A DNA stretch of 64,000 nucleotides, from assembly GCA_049325595.1 (NCBI GenBank), contig JBMOLF010000001.1, positions 32,001-96,000 on the forward strand, read 5' to 3'. The position numbers and the translations under genes are program-made. The stretch is from Candidatus Babelota bacterium. GTDB taxonomy: Bacteria; Babelota; Babeliae; Babelales; Vermiphilaceae. This document shows, one piece after another, positions 22,631 to 34,818 of this stretch. The notes beneath the pieces were generated by a model. It saw only the letters and a program-made list of their open reading frames with translations. It was not told where the DNA came from and searched no databases. Within the stretch, counting starts at the first letter, position 1. Every line of letters begins with the position of its first letter.

Positions 22631-23167
22631 TTATCGCTCTATTTGTGTTGCACAGGGCGTTACATTGCATACCGGATCGTTAATTATTTTTCCACATACA
22701 ATTAAATCACCACCAACACGCATACAGCGTCTAATATTTAATTGATCAAACGTACGAGTGATGGGATTTGCATATTCAAAGCAACTGCGGAACGCAATAT
22801 CTATAACTTCTTGAACCCTGAGATTGTCATTATTATCAAATACCAACCCAACAATGCTTGAGCCATTTTTAAAATAGCCAATAAAAAGGTCGTTATTTGG
22901 AAGTAATTCCCATAACAAAAGATCGATAATATATGGTGCTTTAAAACATATTAGATCATTATATTCTTGTACATCACTAATGTTTGGGCGATTTTTTTTA
23001 AACATGAAATAAGAATGATCAGCACCAGGAGCCACAATGCAATACAATGACTGATTGCTTGGCAATGCTATAGTATGCTTAATAACTTCTGTTTGTATAA
23101 AATTAATGAAAAAAGAAAGCATGCATAAGTACACACTTTTTATGAGGCTTTTTTGCTTCATTGCCAT
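22631..23167 (-). CDS. Secreted protein ending in the GGDLIVCG neck motif, with no collagen or head
   Basis: C-terminus FDQLNIRRCMRVGGDLIVCGKIIND matches the necks of neighbouring collagens. Confidence 0.7.
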   Translation of the reverse strand: MAMKQKSLIKSVYLCMLSFFINFIQTEVIKHTIALPSNQSLYCIVAPGADHSYFMFKKNRPNISDVQEYNDLICFKAPYIIDLLLWELLPNNDLFIGYFKNGSSIVGLVFDNNDNLRVQEVIDIAFRSCFEYANPITRTFDQLNIRRCMRVGGDLIVCGKIINDPVCNVTPCATQIER

Positions 23168-23359
23168 CCCCTACTTTTTAATATGCTTAATAGGGAACTT
23201 AACACGGGATGCTCAAAAATCAACCCTCAACTGATTTTTTTAGGAATACAAAATCAGCATATCTTATTAAATAATTGAACCGCCATTTTGGTAGAAAAAA
23301 TAAATAGGTTTCTATTTTTTTTAGCAAGGGATGATGCTTTTTGCATCACCCCCCATTCA

Positions 23360-24760
23360 TTATGCTACACGTCTAATAAGAAAACTTGTCGCTTTACCAA
23401 CATTAGTAAATGTTGTAGTAGGTACAAATAAGGTCGTAGCTTCGTTCGCATTTGCTTGCACGACTAATGTTGTTCCAACCGTGCAATTTACCAAAAGAGT
23501 ATTTGATTGTAATATACCGAGATTATTAGCACTACCTGCAAAATAATTACCCGTGCTGTATGATGCGGTAGGAGCTGAGCCGTTAACTAAAAGACGAAGT
23601 CCTATACTAATATCATTACCTGCACCGCCAAGGTTAAAATATCCCGAATAGGAAACTTCATAAAGTCCTGCAAGTTGGCAAGTAAAGGTAATATTATCGG
23701 CTGTTGTCCAACCATTATTAGCAATATTAGCTGAAGGATAAGAAAGACTTGTCCAGGTATTAGCTGGTATGTTAATTGTTAGCGCTGCTGTATTATATCT
23801 ATCAATATATCCCTGCGGGGAATCTAATGAACCGGTATTGCCTTGTGGACCTTGAGGGCCAGTATTACCCGTTGATCCTTGTATACCTTGAGGCCCTGTT
23901 GCTCCTGTAGCACCCGGTAATCCCTGTGGACCAGTATTACCCGTTGATCCTTGCAATCCTTGAGCGCCGGTATTTCCTGTAGCACCCATTAATCCTTGTG
24001 GCCCCGTGTTACCTGTTGTACCTATGCCAGTATTCCCTTGTGGACCAGTGTTACCTTGTGGTCCTGTTGCACCTGTTGAACCCAAAACACTTAACCCACT
24101 AGCACTAATTGGTGAACCGTTAATTTCTGTCACAAAAATACTAGTAGCATTAATTGTTTGGGCATTAATAATATTGCTGTTGAGAATATTATTATTAATA
24201 ACATTAATATTAGCAATATCACTGTTAATGCTGGTGGCATTAATAATTTGTGAGTTAATTATTTGCGAATTAAGAGTAATAATATTAGCAGTATTTGCAT
24301 TCAAATTATTTGTGGTAACACTGTCAGCGGTAACTTGGCCACGCACCACAACATCACCACCAACACGTATTGAATTTCTTACACAAAGGGAATCGATAAT
24401 TTTACAACCACGAGTTCCTATATATTGAGCATCTATTACATTTGAACCTGAATTAAGATCGCTTTCATATTCTTCCAGCGCTTTTGCAATCTCATTATAG
24501 GTTTTTTGATCGCACCCCTGCATAGAGCTGAGTAAATCTACGGCGTCTTTTACTGTTTTTTTTGCATTTTCAATGGGCATACATGAATCACATTCAAGAT
24601 TTAACACTTGCTGTTGTAGTTCCGGTGCCATACCATACAATTTTTTTAATGCGTCAACAAGGTAGGGTGTAATAACCGCATAAGGCATTTTGCTGCTTGC
24701 AGAGACATTATTCATTAGCGCTAATAACAATAACAATAAATATTTTTTTGGTCGCTTCAT
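23360..24760 (-). CDS. Secreted collagen-like protein with Asn/Ile pentapeptide stalk and BclA/C1q-like head
   Basis: [17 protein letters not shown] neck; (NxxxI)n repeat; about 28 GXY triplets; SPQGY...[13 protein letters not shown] head. Confidence 0.85.
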   Translation of the reverse strand: MKRPKKYLLLLLLALMNNVSASSKMPYAVITPYLVDALKKLYGMAPELQQQVLNLECDSCMPIENAKKTVKDAVDLLSSMQGCDQKTYNEIAKALEEYESDLNSGSNVIDAQYIGTRGCKIIDSLCVRNSIRVGGDVVVRGQVTADSVTTNNLNANTANIITLNSQIINSQIINATSINSDIANINVINNNILNSNIINAQTINATSIFVTEINGSPISASGLSVLGSTGATGPQGNTGPQGNTGIGTTGNTGPQGLMGATGNTGAQGLQGSTGNTGPQGLPGATGATGPQGIQGSTGNTGPQGPQGNTGSLDSPQGYIDRYNTAALTINIPANTWTSLSYPSANIANNGWTTADNITFTCQLAGLYEVSYSGYFNLGGAGNDISIGLRLLVNGSAPTASYSTGNYFAGSANNLGILQSNTLLVNCTVGTTLVVQANANEATTLFVPTTTFTNVGKATSFLIRRVA

Positions 24761-24869
24761 TGTTCTCCCCTTTTAAAAGTAAGCTTTAGGTTAGAATAAA
24801 AAAAAATAATCGCCTCGATCAATGGTTAAAAAACTATTCAACATCAATTAAATGTGCAATTAACCTTAT

Positions 24870-26165
24870 TCAATGAGTAGATGACACTAAATCAAACGGT
24901 AATAGTTTTTTTGCTTTTTCAAATCTATTTAGCAAATCTTGTTTGTCTTGTGCACCCAGATGAATAAGTCCATAGCGATAGCTTTTGCCATCTTGTAATA
25001 CGTCAGACAATAACATTCCTGGTTTTACATCTGCATAAAAACGTGCATCAGGAAATTGTCTAAAAAAATGAGCAATCTGATCTTGGGTAGGAACTTGTAA
25101 AACTTTTTTGTTTTCAAAGGTGCGTAAAACACAACTTGCAGCTATTGCGTGGTTTCCCTTCTTTCTAAAAATAACTGGTTTTTTGCCAAGTGCGATATCA
25201 AGCATCAACTGATAGGTATTAAAACCATCAACTTTTTCGTATAAATCAGCAAACTGGGCTGCCATGCGTGGATTAATTTCAATAATACCTATTTTGTCAG
25301 TTTCGGGATTATACATAAACTCGATATTGAACATACAGTTATCTAAATGCATAGCTTTAACAATTGTTAAAGCTATTTCTCCCATTCGATTTTGTACTGC
25401 TTGTGGCAATGATGAAGGATATTCAAATCGCGCAAAAGATATGGTGCCAGGAAACATAATTGAATCAACAATGCCAACAATCTCGATTTGCCCCTGATAA
25501 CAATACCCCTCAAGCGTTACTTGGACCCCTGAAAGATATTCTTCCACCATAACTGCACAGCTATCAATTTCACTTCCGCCAAATGTTTTTAAAAACCAAT
25601 TAAAATGCGAAAGAAAATGGGATGGTAATAATGCTTGTCTTAACATTTCTTGTAATTGCTGGTAATTCGTAGCTTTATTAGCACCCACTGAATAATAAGA
25701 TTTTACCGGTTTTACAAAAACTGGATACGAAAATCGAGCACCATCAGCAGCTTGAATTGAATCAAGATCGTTAAACAAAGTGAATTTTGGAGTTGCATGT
25801 GGCACATATTTTTCTTGAATTAACCGAGCATTGTATTTGTGCTGGCATTGGAGCAATGCCGCCGGACGAGCTCCAACCAAATTACAATAATGCCCTACAA
25901 TGCTTGCATAGATCGAACCAGGATAATCGTCCGTGCTCACAATACCATTAACATTGTTCGATCTTGCAAGCAATAATAAAGAATCAATTATCTGCGAGGG
26001 ATTTGTTGCAACAAAATCATCCACAACACCATTTGCAAGAATGCGCTCAAATGAATCAACTTTATAATCATGAAACAGAATGTGGTAATTATCTTTGGTT
26101 GATAACTTAGATAACTCAACCCGATCACGAATAGATGGACAAATAACAAAAATGGTATGCTTCAT
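24870..26165 (-). CDS. ATP-grasp domain protein (putative amino-acid/carboxylate-amine ligase)
   Basis: YPVFVKP, MVEEYLSG, FNIEF and IIEINPR motifs; ATG 26165 behind GGGGAG. Confidence 0.8.
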   Translation of the reverse strand: MKHTIFVICPSIRDRVELSKLSTKDNYHILFHDYKVDSFERILANGVVDDFVATNPSQIIDSLLLLARSNNVNGIVSTDDYPGSIYASIVGHYCNLVGARPAALLQCQHKYNARLIQEKYVPHATPKFTLFNDLDSIQAADGARFSYPVFVKPVKSYYSVGANKATNYQQLQEMLRQALLPSHFLSHFNWFLKTFGGSEIDSCAVMVEEYLSGVQVTLEGYCYQGQIEIVGIVDSIMFPGTISFARFEYPSSLPQAVQNRMGEIALTIVKAMHLDNCMFNIEFMYNPETDKIGIIEINPRMAAQFADLYEKVDGFNTYQLMLDIALGKKPVIFRKKGNHAIAASCVLRTFENKKVLQVPTQDQIAHFFRQFPDARFYADVKPGMLLSDVLQDGKSYRYGLIHLGAQDKQDLLNRFEKAKKLLPFDLVSSTH

Positions 26166-26239
26166 CGACTCCCCTATCTTGTTATAGATAGGGTAATCAG
26201 ATTGCATACCAAATTAATAGAGTTCTAAACAGAAGATAA

Positions 26240-28084
26240 TTATTCGACCGTTACTGATTTTGCCAAGTTACGTGGTTTATCAATTGGTCGTCCTAACTCT
26301 TTGGCAACTTGATACACGAAAAATTGCATTAACCCAGTCATGGCAAGCGGTGCTAACAATGATTTTGTTTTAGGAAATAAAAATATCGTATCGGCTAATT
26401 CAATTAACTCACGTTGCCCTTCAAATGCAAATAATACGATGTGGCCACCACGCGCTTTTATTTCTTGTGCATTGGCAACAAGTTTCTGATAAATAAGTGC
26501 ATCAAGATGCGAGAATAAGAAGATTGGTGTTTGATCATCGATTAACGCAAGAGGACCGTGCTTTAATTCACCTGCCGGATACGTTTGCGCAAAAATATAA
26601 GAAATTTCTTTCAATTTAAGCGCAGCTTCTTGTGCTAATGGATAACTTACATGTCTGCCCAAAAAAATTGCTTTTTTAAAGTGCGCATATTTTGGTGCAT
26701 CTTCTTGTGCAATACGCGTTTTATAATTTTCTATACTATTTTCAAGTAATTCTGCCGCTACTAATAAATCTTCTTGCGCACTGACCAATTGCTGATGATT
26801 AATAATACCTTTATGGTATGCAATAAAATGCGCAAACCAATATAATGCTGCAACTTGTGTTGAAAATGCTTTAGTAGACGCAACAGCAATTTCATGACCA
26901 GCTTGCGTAAGCAAAAAACCACCTGCTTCGCGTACCATCGTGCTTGAAGCAACATTGGTCAATGCAATAGTTTTCATATTCATTGATTCAATCAAACGCA
27001 ATGCCTCAAGCGTATCGGCTGTTTCACCTGATTGAGAAATCATAACATACAATGATTTAGGCTCTGAGAAAAAATGATTATAACGAAACTCTGAAGCTAA
27101 ATGTACGGTGGTTGGCAGCATACAAACTTGTTCAAAGAAAAATTTAGCAATCAGGCCTGCATGCCACGAAGTACCGCATCCTACTAAATGCACACGCTCT
27201 ATTTCTTTAAGCTCTTGTACAGTAAGTCCTAAATGATCAAAAATAGCATCTTCAAGTTCATGCAAAAAACGTACGGTTGAATAAATTGCATTTTTTTGCT
27301 CATAAATTTCTTTGAGCATGTAGTGCTCATAACCCATTTTTTGGCTGCTTTGCCAATTTACTTTTATTTCCTGCACGTGAGGAACTAATGGTTTACCGGT
27401 AAAATCATAGAGCTCGATGATATCTTTTTTTACTAAAGCAAAACTTTCATCGGGCAAAAATATTACTTTATTAGTTTTGTCTGCAAATGCGAGCACGTCT
27501 GATGCAATAAACATCTCACCATCGCCAATACCAATACATAGTGGTGAACGACGACGCACCACTACAAGGGTGTCTGATTTTTGCTGTGCCAATGCCAAGA
27601 ATGCATATGCACCATCAAGTCTGTTTACCAAGTCAGTTACCGCTGCCTTAAAAGTATTGTGTGAAATAAGAAGCGATTCAAAAAGATGGGCTATAGTTTC
27701 GGTGTCAGTCTGTGAATGAAAAACATGACCAGATTCTTGCAGCTGCTCACGTAATTCGTGATGATTTTCAATAATACCGTTATGAACAATTGATATGGTT
27801 TTTTGACAATCAAATTGGGGATGAGCATTTTCGGTTGATGGCACCCCATGGGTAGACCATCGTGTATGACCGATTCCCAAAAAACCATCTATCGGATGTT
27901 GACTAAATTGAGAAGTTAAATTTTCAAGTCTTCCTATGGCCTTTGCATAAAGAAGCTGATTGTCTTGAGAGCTTAAACAGGCAAACCCTGCCGAATCATA
28001 CCCTCGATATTCTAAGCGACTAAGGCCTTCCATAACGAAAGGCCTACTATTATTCTTACCAACATACCCAATGACACTACACAT
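26240..28084 (-). CDS. glmS: Glutamine-fructose-6-phosphate transaminase (isomerizing)
   Basis: MC start, LEYRGYDSAG, GHTRW, SQSGETADT and PRNLAKSVTVE. Confidence 0.98.
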   Translation of the reverse strand: MCSVIGYVGKNNSRPFVMEGLSRLEYRGYDSAGFACLSSQDNQLLYAKAIGRLENLTSQFSQHPIDGFLGIGHTRWSTHGVPSTENAHPQFDCQKTISIVHNGIIENHHELREQLQESGHVFHSQTDTETIAHLFESLLISHNTFKAAVTDLVNRLDGAYAFLALAQQKSDTLVVVRRRSPLCIGIGDGEMFIASDVLAFADKTNKVIFLPDESFALVKKDIIELYDFTGKPLVPHVQEIKVNWQSSQKMGYEHYMLKEIYEQKNAIYSTVRFLHELEDAIFDHLGLTVQELKEIERVHLVGCGTSWHAGLIAKFFFEQVCMLPTTVHLASEFRYNHFFSEPKSLYVMISQSGETADTLEALRLIESMNMKTIALTNVASSTMVREAGGFLLTQAGHEIAVASTKAFSTQVAALYWFAHFIAYHKGIINHQQLVSAQEDLLVAAELLENSIENYKTRIAQEDAPKYAHFKKAIFLGRHVSYPLAQEAALKLKEISYIFAQTYPAGELKHGPLALIDDQTPIFLFSHLDALIYQKLVANAQEIKARGGHIVLFAFEGQRELIELADTIFLFPKTKSLLAPLAMTGLMQFFVYQVAKELGRPIDKPRNLAKSVTVE

Positions 28085-28151
28085 CTACCTATTCCTATTG
28101 TATGAGTAGCTTACTATCACGCAAAGTAGGTTTGTTGATAGTTCAAAAGGA

Positions 28152-28595
28152 TTAACGTTTTACGAATTGGAACTTACGACGAGCGCCTTTTTGTCCGTAT
28201 TTTTTACGTTCTTTGCGGCGAGAATCAACGGTGAGGAAGTCATACTCACGCAATTGAGATCTGATAGACTCATCTTGTGCTAACAATGCACGAGCGGTTC
28301 CCAATTTAACTGCGTCTGCTTGAGCGCGCAATCCGCCACCTTCAACATTAACGTCTACGTCAAATGCTGAACCGATTGGCAATAAGCGGAAAGGAGCTGA
28401 AGCTTCTAAGCGAGTTTCTTCGGTATCAAAATAGTTACTATAATCTTTTCCATTTACTACTATTTTGCCACTTCCAGCTCTGAGCCAAACACGGGCAATA
28501 GCAGTTTTTCTGCGACCAACGCCATGTCCTACTGGAGCAGTTTTGATAGAAGCAGCTTTAGCTTTTGGCGCCTTATTTGTTGTTGTTTTTTTCAT
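28152..28595 (-). CDS. rpsI: 30S ribosomal protein S9
   Basis: GRRKTAIARV and ERKKYGQKGARRKFQFVKR. Confidence 0.98.
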   Translation of the reverse strand: MKKTTTNKAPKAKAASIKTAPVGHGVGRRKTAIARVWLRAGSGKIVVNGKDYSNYFDTEETRLEASAPFRLLPIGSAFDVDVNVEGGGLRAQADAVKLGTARALLAQDESIRSQLREYDFLTVDSRRKERKKYGQKGARRKFQFVKR

Positions 28596-28709
28596 ACGTG
28601 TAAACCTAAAAAAACTTGTTTGTGATAATAAGCTACAATATTAAATATTTTATATTTAGGATAATCTGCAGGTGAGAAAAAGTCAAAATTGACTACTATA
28701 TTTTTGAAC

Positions 28710-28785
<76 letters not shown>

Positions 28786-28908
28786 ACTAGCTGCAGTTAT
28801 TGTATCAGATTAAATAAAAAAAGCCATGGCTTATTATCAAAAAATAGCAATAATGGATCCCATCGAGAATATTTGTTTCAATCTGAATATATAGCGCTAT
28901 GCGACAGG

Positions 28909-29286
28909 TCAAATTGAAGAATGTCCCCCTTCTTCAAACAACTCTTGGCACGATAAACAACGGGTAGCATTAGGGTAAAGCTTTAATCGCTTCTCTGAAA
29001 TGGGATTTTGGCAATCCACACAAATCCCATACGTGCCTTCTTCAATCATCTTAAGTGCATTTACCAGGCGATGATATTCTTCAATACGAGAATCTTGCAA
29101 CGAATTGCGTAAACTTTCCATAGTTGATGCCAATGCTTGGTCACCCGGATCTTGCACCTGATCATCAGAAAACTTTTCGGTGTATAATGTTTGTAGTTCT
29201 TGCTCTAATTCCATTTTACGTTCTAAGAGCTGTTTTTTTATTGCAGACAAGTCAAATTGCGTCGACTTTTTTTTTGCTTCAGCCAC
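28909..29286 (-). CDS. dksA: DksA/TraR C4-type zinc finger protein
   Basis: DPGDQA (DxxDxA) coiled-coil tip; YGICVDC..PISEKRL..P.ATRCLSC. Confidence 0.8.
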   Translation of the reverse strand: MAEAKKKSTQFDLSAIKKQLLERKMELEQELQTLYTEKFSDDQVQDPGDQALASTMESLRNSLQDSRIEEYHRLVNALKMIEEGTYGICVDCQNPISEKRLKLYPNATRCLSCQELFEEGGHSSI

Positions 29287-29788
29287 TATGGTGCTTCCTT
29301 TTTTGTTTAAAAAATTGTTTTAACAATAATGCCGCGTTTTCAGCATTAACACCCTTTATTATTGCAAGAGTGTCTCTATGGTATAGCGAAACTTGCCCGG
29401 TATTGTCAAGGTGGTACCCAAAAAGAGGCGATTCGGCACCATAGACAACTCCCGCACAGCGACTTAACTTAATACTATTTAAACACATAGCACAGGGCTG
29501 CAAAGTAACGTATACCCAACACCCTTGCAGTCGCCAATCTCCAATTTTTTTTCCTGCTTGTGTAATCGCTCTTAATTCTGCATGCGCTGTTTGAGTACAC
29601 ATTTTTTCTACCAAATTGTAGCCACGACCAATAATTTTTCCCTCATTATTTACTATAATCGCTCCAATTGGCACCTCATCATATTCCGCTGCTTTTCGCG
29701 CTAGTTTCAATGCCTGCTCCATATACCAACTATCTTTTTCTTGACCAAAAGGAGAATAGCTTTTGTGCATGCTCGACATTTTTTCCAT
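29279..29788 (-). CDS. tadA: tRNA adenosine(34) deaminase
   Basis: EVPIGA, HAE, WRL and TLQPCAMC motifs. Confidence 0.9.
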   Translation of the reverse strand: MEKMSSMHKSYSPFGQEKDSWYMEQALKLARKAAEYDEVPIGAIIVNNEGKIIGRGYNLVEKMCTQTAHAELRAITQAGKKIGDWRLQGCWVYVTLQPCAMCLNSIKLSRCAGVVYGAESPLFGYHLDNTGQVSLYHRDTLAIIKGVNAENAALLLKQFFKQKRKHHSG

Positions 29789-29978
29789 TCCGTAAAAAGA
29801 TGTAATTTATTGTATTGACTAACCTTAACGTATTGAATATTGCAAAACCTAGATCATAATCGTTATAAACAATGCTGCAGACATTGGTAAATTAATAGAA
29901 AAAAATACGATTTCTTATATACTAAATATAATAATTTTTACGTAAATATTTGAGCGGTCACCAAAGCACCAAACATAA

Positions 29979-32441
<2,463 letters not shown>

Positions 32442-32444
32442 GCA

Positions 32445-33413
32445 ATGAACATTATTAATTTGGTAATTTCATACATTCAAAAACATATGTTAATCCCCTC
32501 CGGCACTAGCGTGCTGGTGGGGCTTTCTGGTGGCCCTGATTCAGTTTTCTTACTGCATGTTTTGGTGTTATTGCGCAATCAAGGATTAATTACCGATTTT
32601 ATGGCAGCACATCTTGATCATCAATGGCGTGAGGATTCAGCAAAAGATGCACAGTTTTGCAAAGACTTGTGCAAAAAATGGAAAGTACCACTTATTATCA
32701 ATAAACTTTCTGATTTGGGCATTTCACAAAAATCCACAGGATCTAAAGAAGAACTTGGTCGCCGTGCTCGTAGACAATTTTTTGAACAAGTAAAACGAGA
32801 TTATGAGCTTGATCGTATTGCACTTGCCCATCACGCGCAAGATCAACAAGAAACATTTTTTATTCGTCTCATTCGCGGTACCAGTTTAACTGGATTAACC
32901 GGTATGCGCCCCCAATCAGGTGATTACATTAGACCTTTATTAGAGTTAAATAAAAATGATATTGTTGCTTATCTTGATAAGCATGCAATTCCTTATATTA
33001 TTGATCCGAGCAACCTTTCAGAAGAATATTTGCGCAATCGCATTCGCTTAAAAGTAATTCCCGCATTGCAAGCATGTGATACACGCTTTGATCAAAACTT
33101 TGCTCAAACACTTGCTCGTTTGCAAGAGACTGAAGATTATTTAGAAGAACATACCACTCAAGAATTTGCAAAAATTGCTACGCCAGATTATAAAACAATC
33201 ACGGTAAACAATTTGCTCTCGTATCCATCTTTAATGCGCTATCGATTGCTGATGCACTGGATGCAAGCAAATAATGTGCGCATTCCTCTAAGCCAATCAT
33301 TTTTAGATGAAATACTGAGATTTTTGAGTAGTCCACACGGCGGCGCTCACGATTTACATCATGAATGGCGTATTGAGAAAAAATCTGGCATGGCAACGAT
33401 CAGCAAAAATTAA
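32445..33413 (+). CDS. tilS: tRNA(Ile)-lysidine synthetase
   Basis: SGGPDS, AHHAQDQQET, IRPLL and DPSN..RNRIR. Confidence 0.95.
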   Translation: MNIINLVISYIQKHMLIPSGTSVLVGLSGGPDSVFLLHVLVLLRNQGLITDFMAAHLDHQWREDSAKDAQFCKDLCKKWKVPLIINKLSDLGISQKSTGSKEELGRRARRQFFEQVKRDYELDRIALAHHAQDQQETFFIRLIRGTSLTGLTGMRPQSGDYIRPLLELNKNDIVAYLDKHAIPYIIDPSNLSEEYLRNRIRLKVIPALQACDTRFDQNFAQTLARLQETEDYLEEHTTQEFAKIATPDYKTITVNNLLSYPSLMRYRLLMHWMQANNVRIPLSQSFLDEILRFLSSPHGGAHDLHHEWRIEKKSGMATISKN

Positions 33414-33434
33414 TTTATATGTTGGGATGAAAAA

Positions 33435-33854
33435 ATGACCAATCAAATCAAATTTGCGTGTGAAATTTTTATTATTAATAACAATTCATTATTACTTGGC
33501 AAAAGAAAAAATTTTTACGGCGAAGGTATGTGGGCTTTACCAGGGGGGCATTTAGAATATGGTGAAACTCTTATTGATTGTGCAAAGCGAGAATTAAAAG
33601 AAGAACTTGGTATTGAAAATGCTCAACTACAACTTATTGCAATAACCGATGACATTAATCAAGAACGTCATTACCTTCATGCGTCATTTTTACTCAATAA
33701 TTATAATGGTCCGATTATGCTAATGGAACCAGACAAATGCTATGAATGGAAATATTTTAATCTCTATCAATTACCACAAGAATTTTTTGAACCACATACA
33801 AAAATATTAAAAACATTTTTCAATAACTCTATTTATTTATCGAGCAACACATAA
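33435..33854 (+). CDS. NUDIX hydrolase (MutT/NUDT15-like)
   Basis: Nudix box GGHLEYGETLIDCAKRELKEELG; MEPDKC. Confidence 0.9.
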   Translation: MTNQIKFACEIFIINNNSLLLGKRKNFYGEGMWALPGGHLEYGETLIDCAKRELKEELGIENAQLQLIAITDDINQERHYLHASFLLNNYNGPIMLMEPDKCYEWKYFNLYQLPQEFFEPHTKILKTFFNNSIYLSSNT

Positions 33855-33858
33855 TATC

Positions 33859-33881
33859 ATGGGGAGAATAGTATTCCCCCC
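33859..33881. terminator. Possible hairpin between convergent genes
   Basis: GGGGAGAATA-G-TATTCCCCC imperfect inverted repeat. Confidence 0.35.
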
Positions 33882-33896
33882 TTATTGGATTAGCAC

Positions 33897-34805
33897 TTAT
33901 AATTTTACTGCGCTTAACGTAGCAACAACTGGTAACCCGGTTATTAGACCACCATTATTTAAAAAGTCATTAGCGCTTAAGCGCAATACATCACCTTGAT
34001 TAAAAAAAGCAAGAAAGCTATATGATGCCGTTTTAGGATCGGTAGATTCTATGGTGGCAGCAACTTGGCTTTGGGGCAAAATAGCAATATTATTTACCGT
34101 CACCTGCACTAAAAAATATCCCGTTGTAATACCCGAAATAGCAGTAAGCGAATAAGAAACTCGATAAAGCCCAGTAGTTGGACAAATAAATGTGGTATTG
34201 GTAAGCGTCCAATTATTATTAAAATCGATATTATTAAAATTAATGGTTGTAGCAGGAGTAGTAAATTGCTGCAAAGTAGTTTTATTTACTTGAAACAAAT
34301 TGTCCTGCACAAATACTCCTGTTGGTCCTTGGGCACCTTGCGCACCAGTAGCTCCTTGACCTGCTGGTCCTGTATTGCCGGTAATTCCTGTTATGCCCGT
34401 AGCACCTGGGATTCCTCCAAAGAAATTATTCCCATTAATAGAATCCACGCTTAAATTAGTTATCTGTGCATCAATACCTATTAAATCGATAGTGTTTAGT
34501 TCACTAAACGTAGCGCTATTGGCAGTCGTTACACAAGAATTAATTAATGTGGCTATAAGTTGTGGCGTTATTAATCTCGTACTACGCAAAATATTTTTAA
34601 CACAGAGAGACTGACATATACAGACTATTTTAGAAATGGTAGTTCTAGGTATATAGAATGTTTCTTGCCCACTATCATCCAATATATGTTGAAATGTTAA
34701 TTGGTCTTGTTCACCACAGGTATTATCATCAGCTTGTAAAAATGGCTGAAGAGAAATGATTAGTATAAATAATCTAATAAACATCTTAAAATGAATATAA
34801 AACAT
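33897..34805 (-). CDS. Secreted short collagen-like protein with BclA/C1q-like head
   Basis: Signal peptide; SLCVKN neck-like motif; about 11 GXY triplets; FICPTTGLYRVSY. Confidence 0.8.
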   Translation of the reverse strand: MFYIHFKMFIRLFILIISLQPFLQADDNTCGEQDQLTFQHILDDSGQETFYIPRTTISKIVCICQSLCVKNILRSTRLITPQLIATLINSCVTTANSATFSELNTIDLIGIDAQITNLSVDSINGNNFFGGIPGATGITGITGNTGPAGQGATGAQGAQGPTGVFVQDNLFQVNKTTLQQFTTPATTINFNNIDFNNNWTLTNTTFICPTTGLYRVSYSLTAISGITTGYFLVQVTVNNIAILPQSQVAATIESTDPKTASYSFLAFFNQGDVLRLSANDFLNNGGLITGLPVVATLSAVKL

Positions 34806-34818
34806 GTAGGCAATCTCC

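Noticed and set aside
22602..22640. Frameshift fusing 22631 to the downstream collagen gene
   Set aside because: The downstream gene has its own signal peptide and its own neck motif.
9978..24428. Many antisense and alternate-frame ORFs rich in PV/PC inside collagen and delta-60 genes
   Set aside because: Shadows of GGN-rich repetitive coding sequence; no RBS or independent features.
9473..24760. Prophage tail-fibre region
   Set aside because: All genes have Sec-type signal peptides; no capsid, terminase, integrase or baseplate genes.
28085..28151. glmS ribozyme
   Set aside because: The intergenic gap is only about 67 nt and lacks the ribozyme core.
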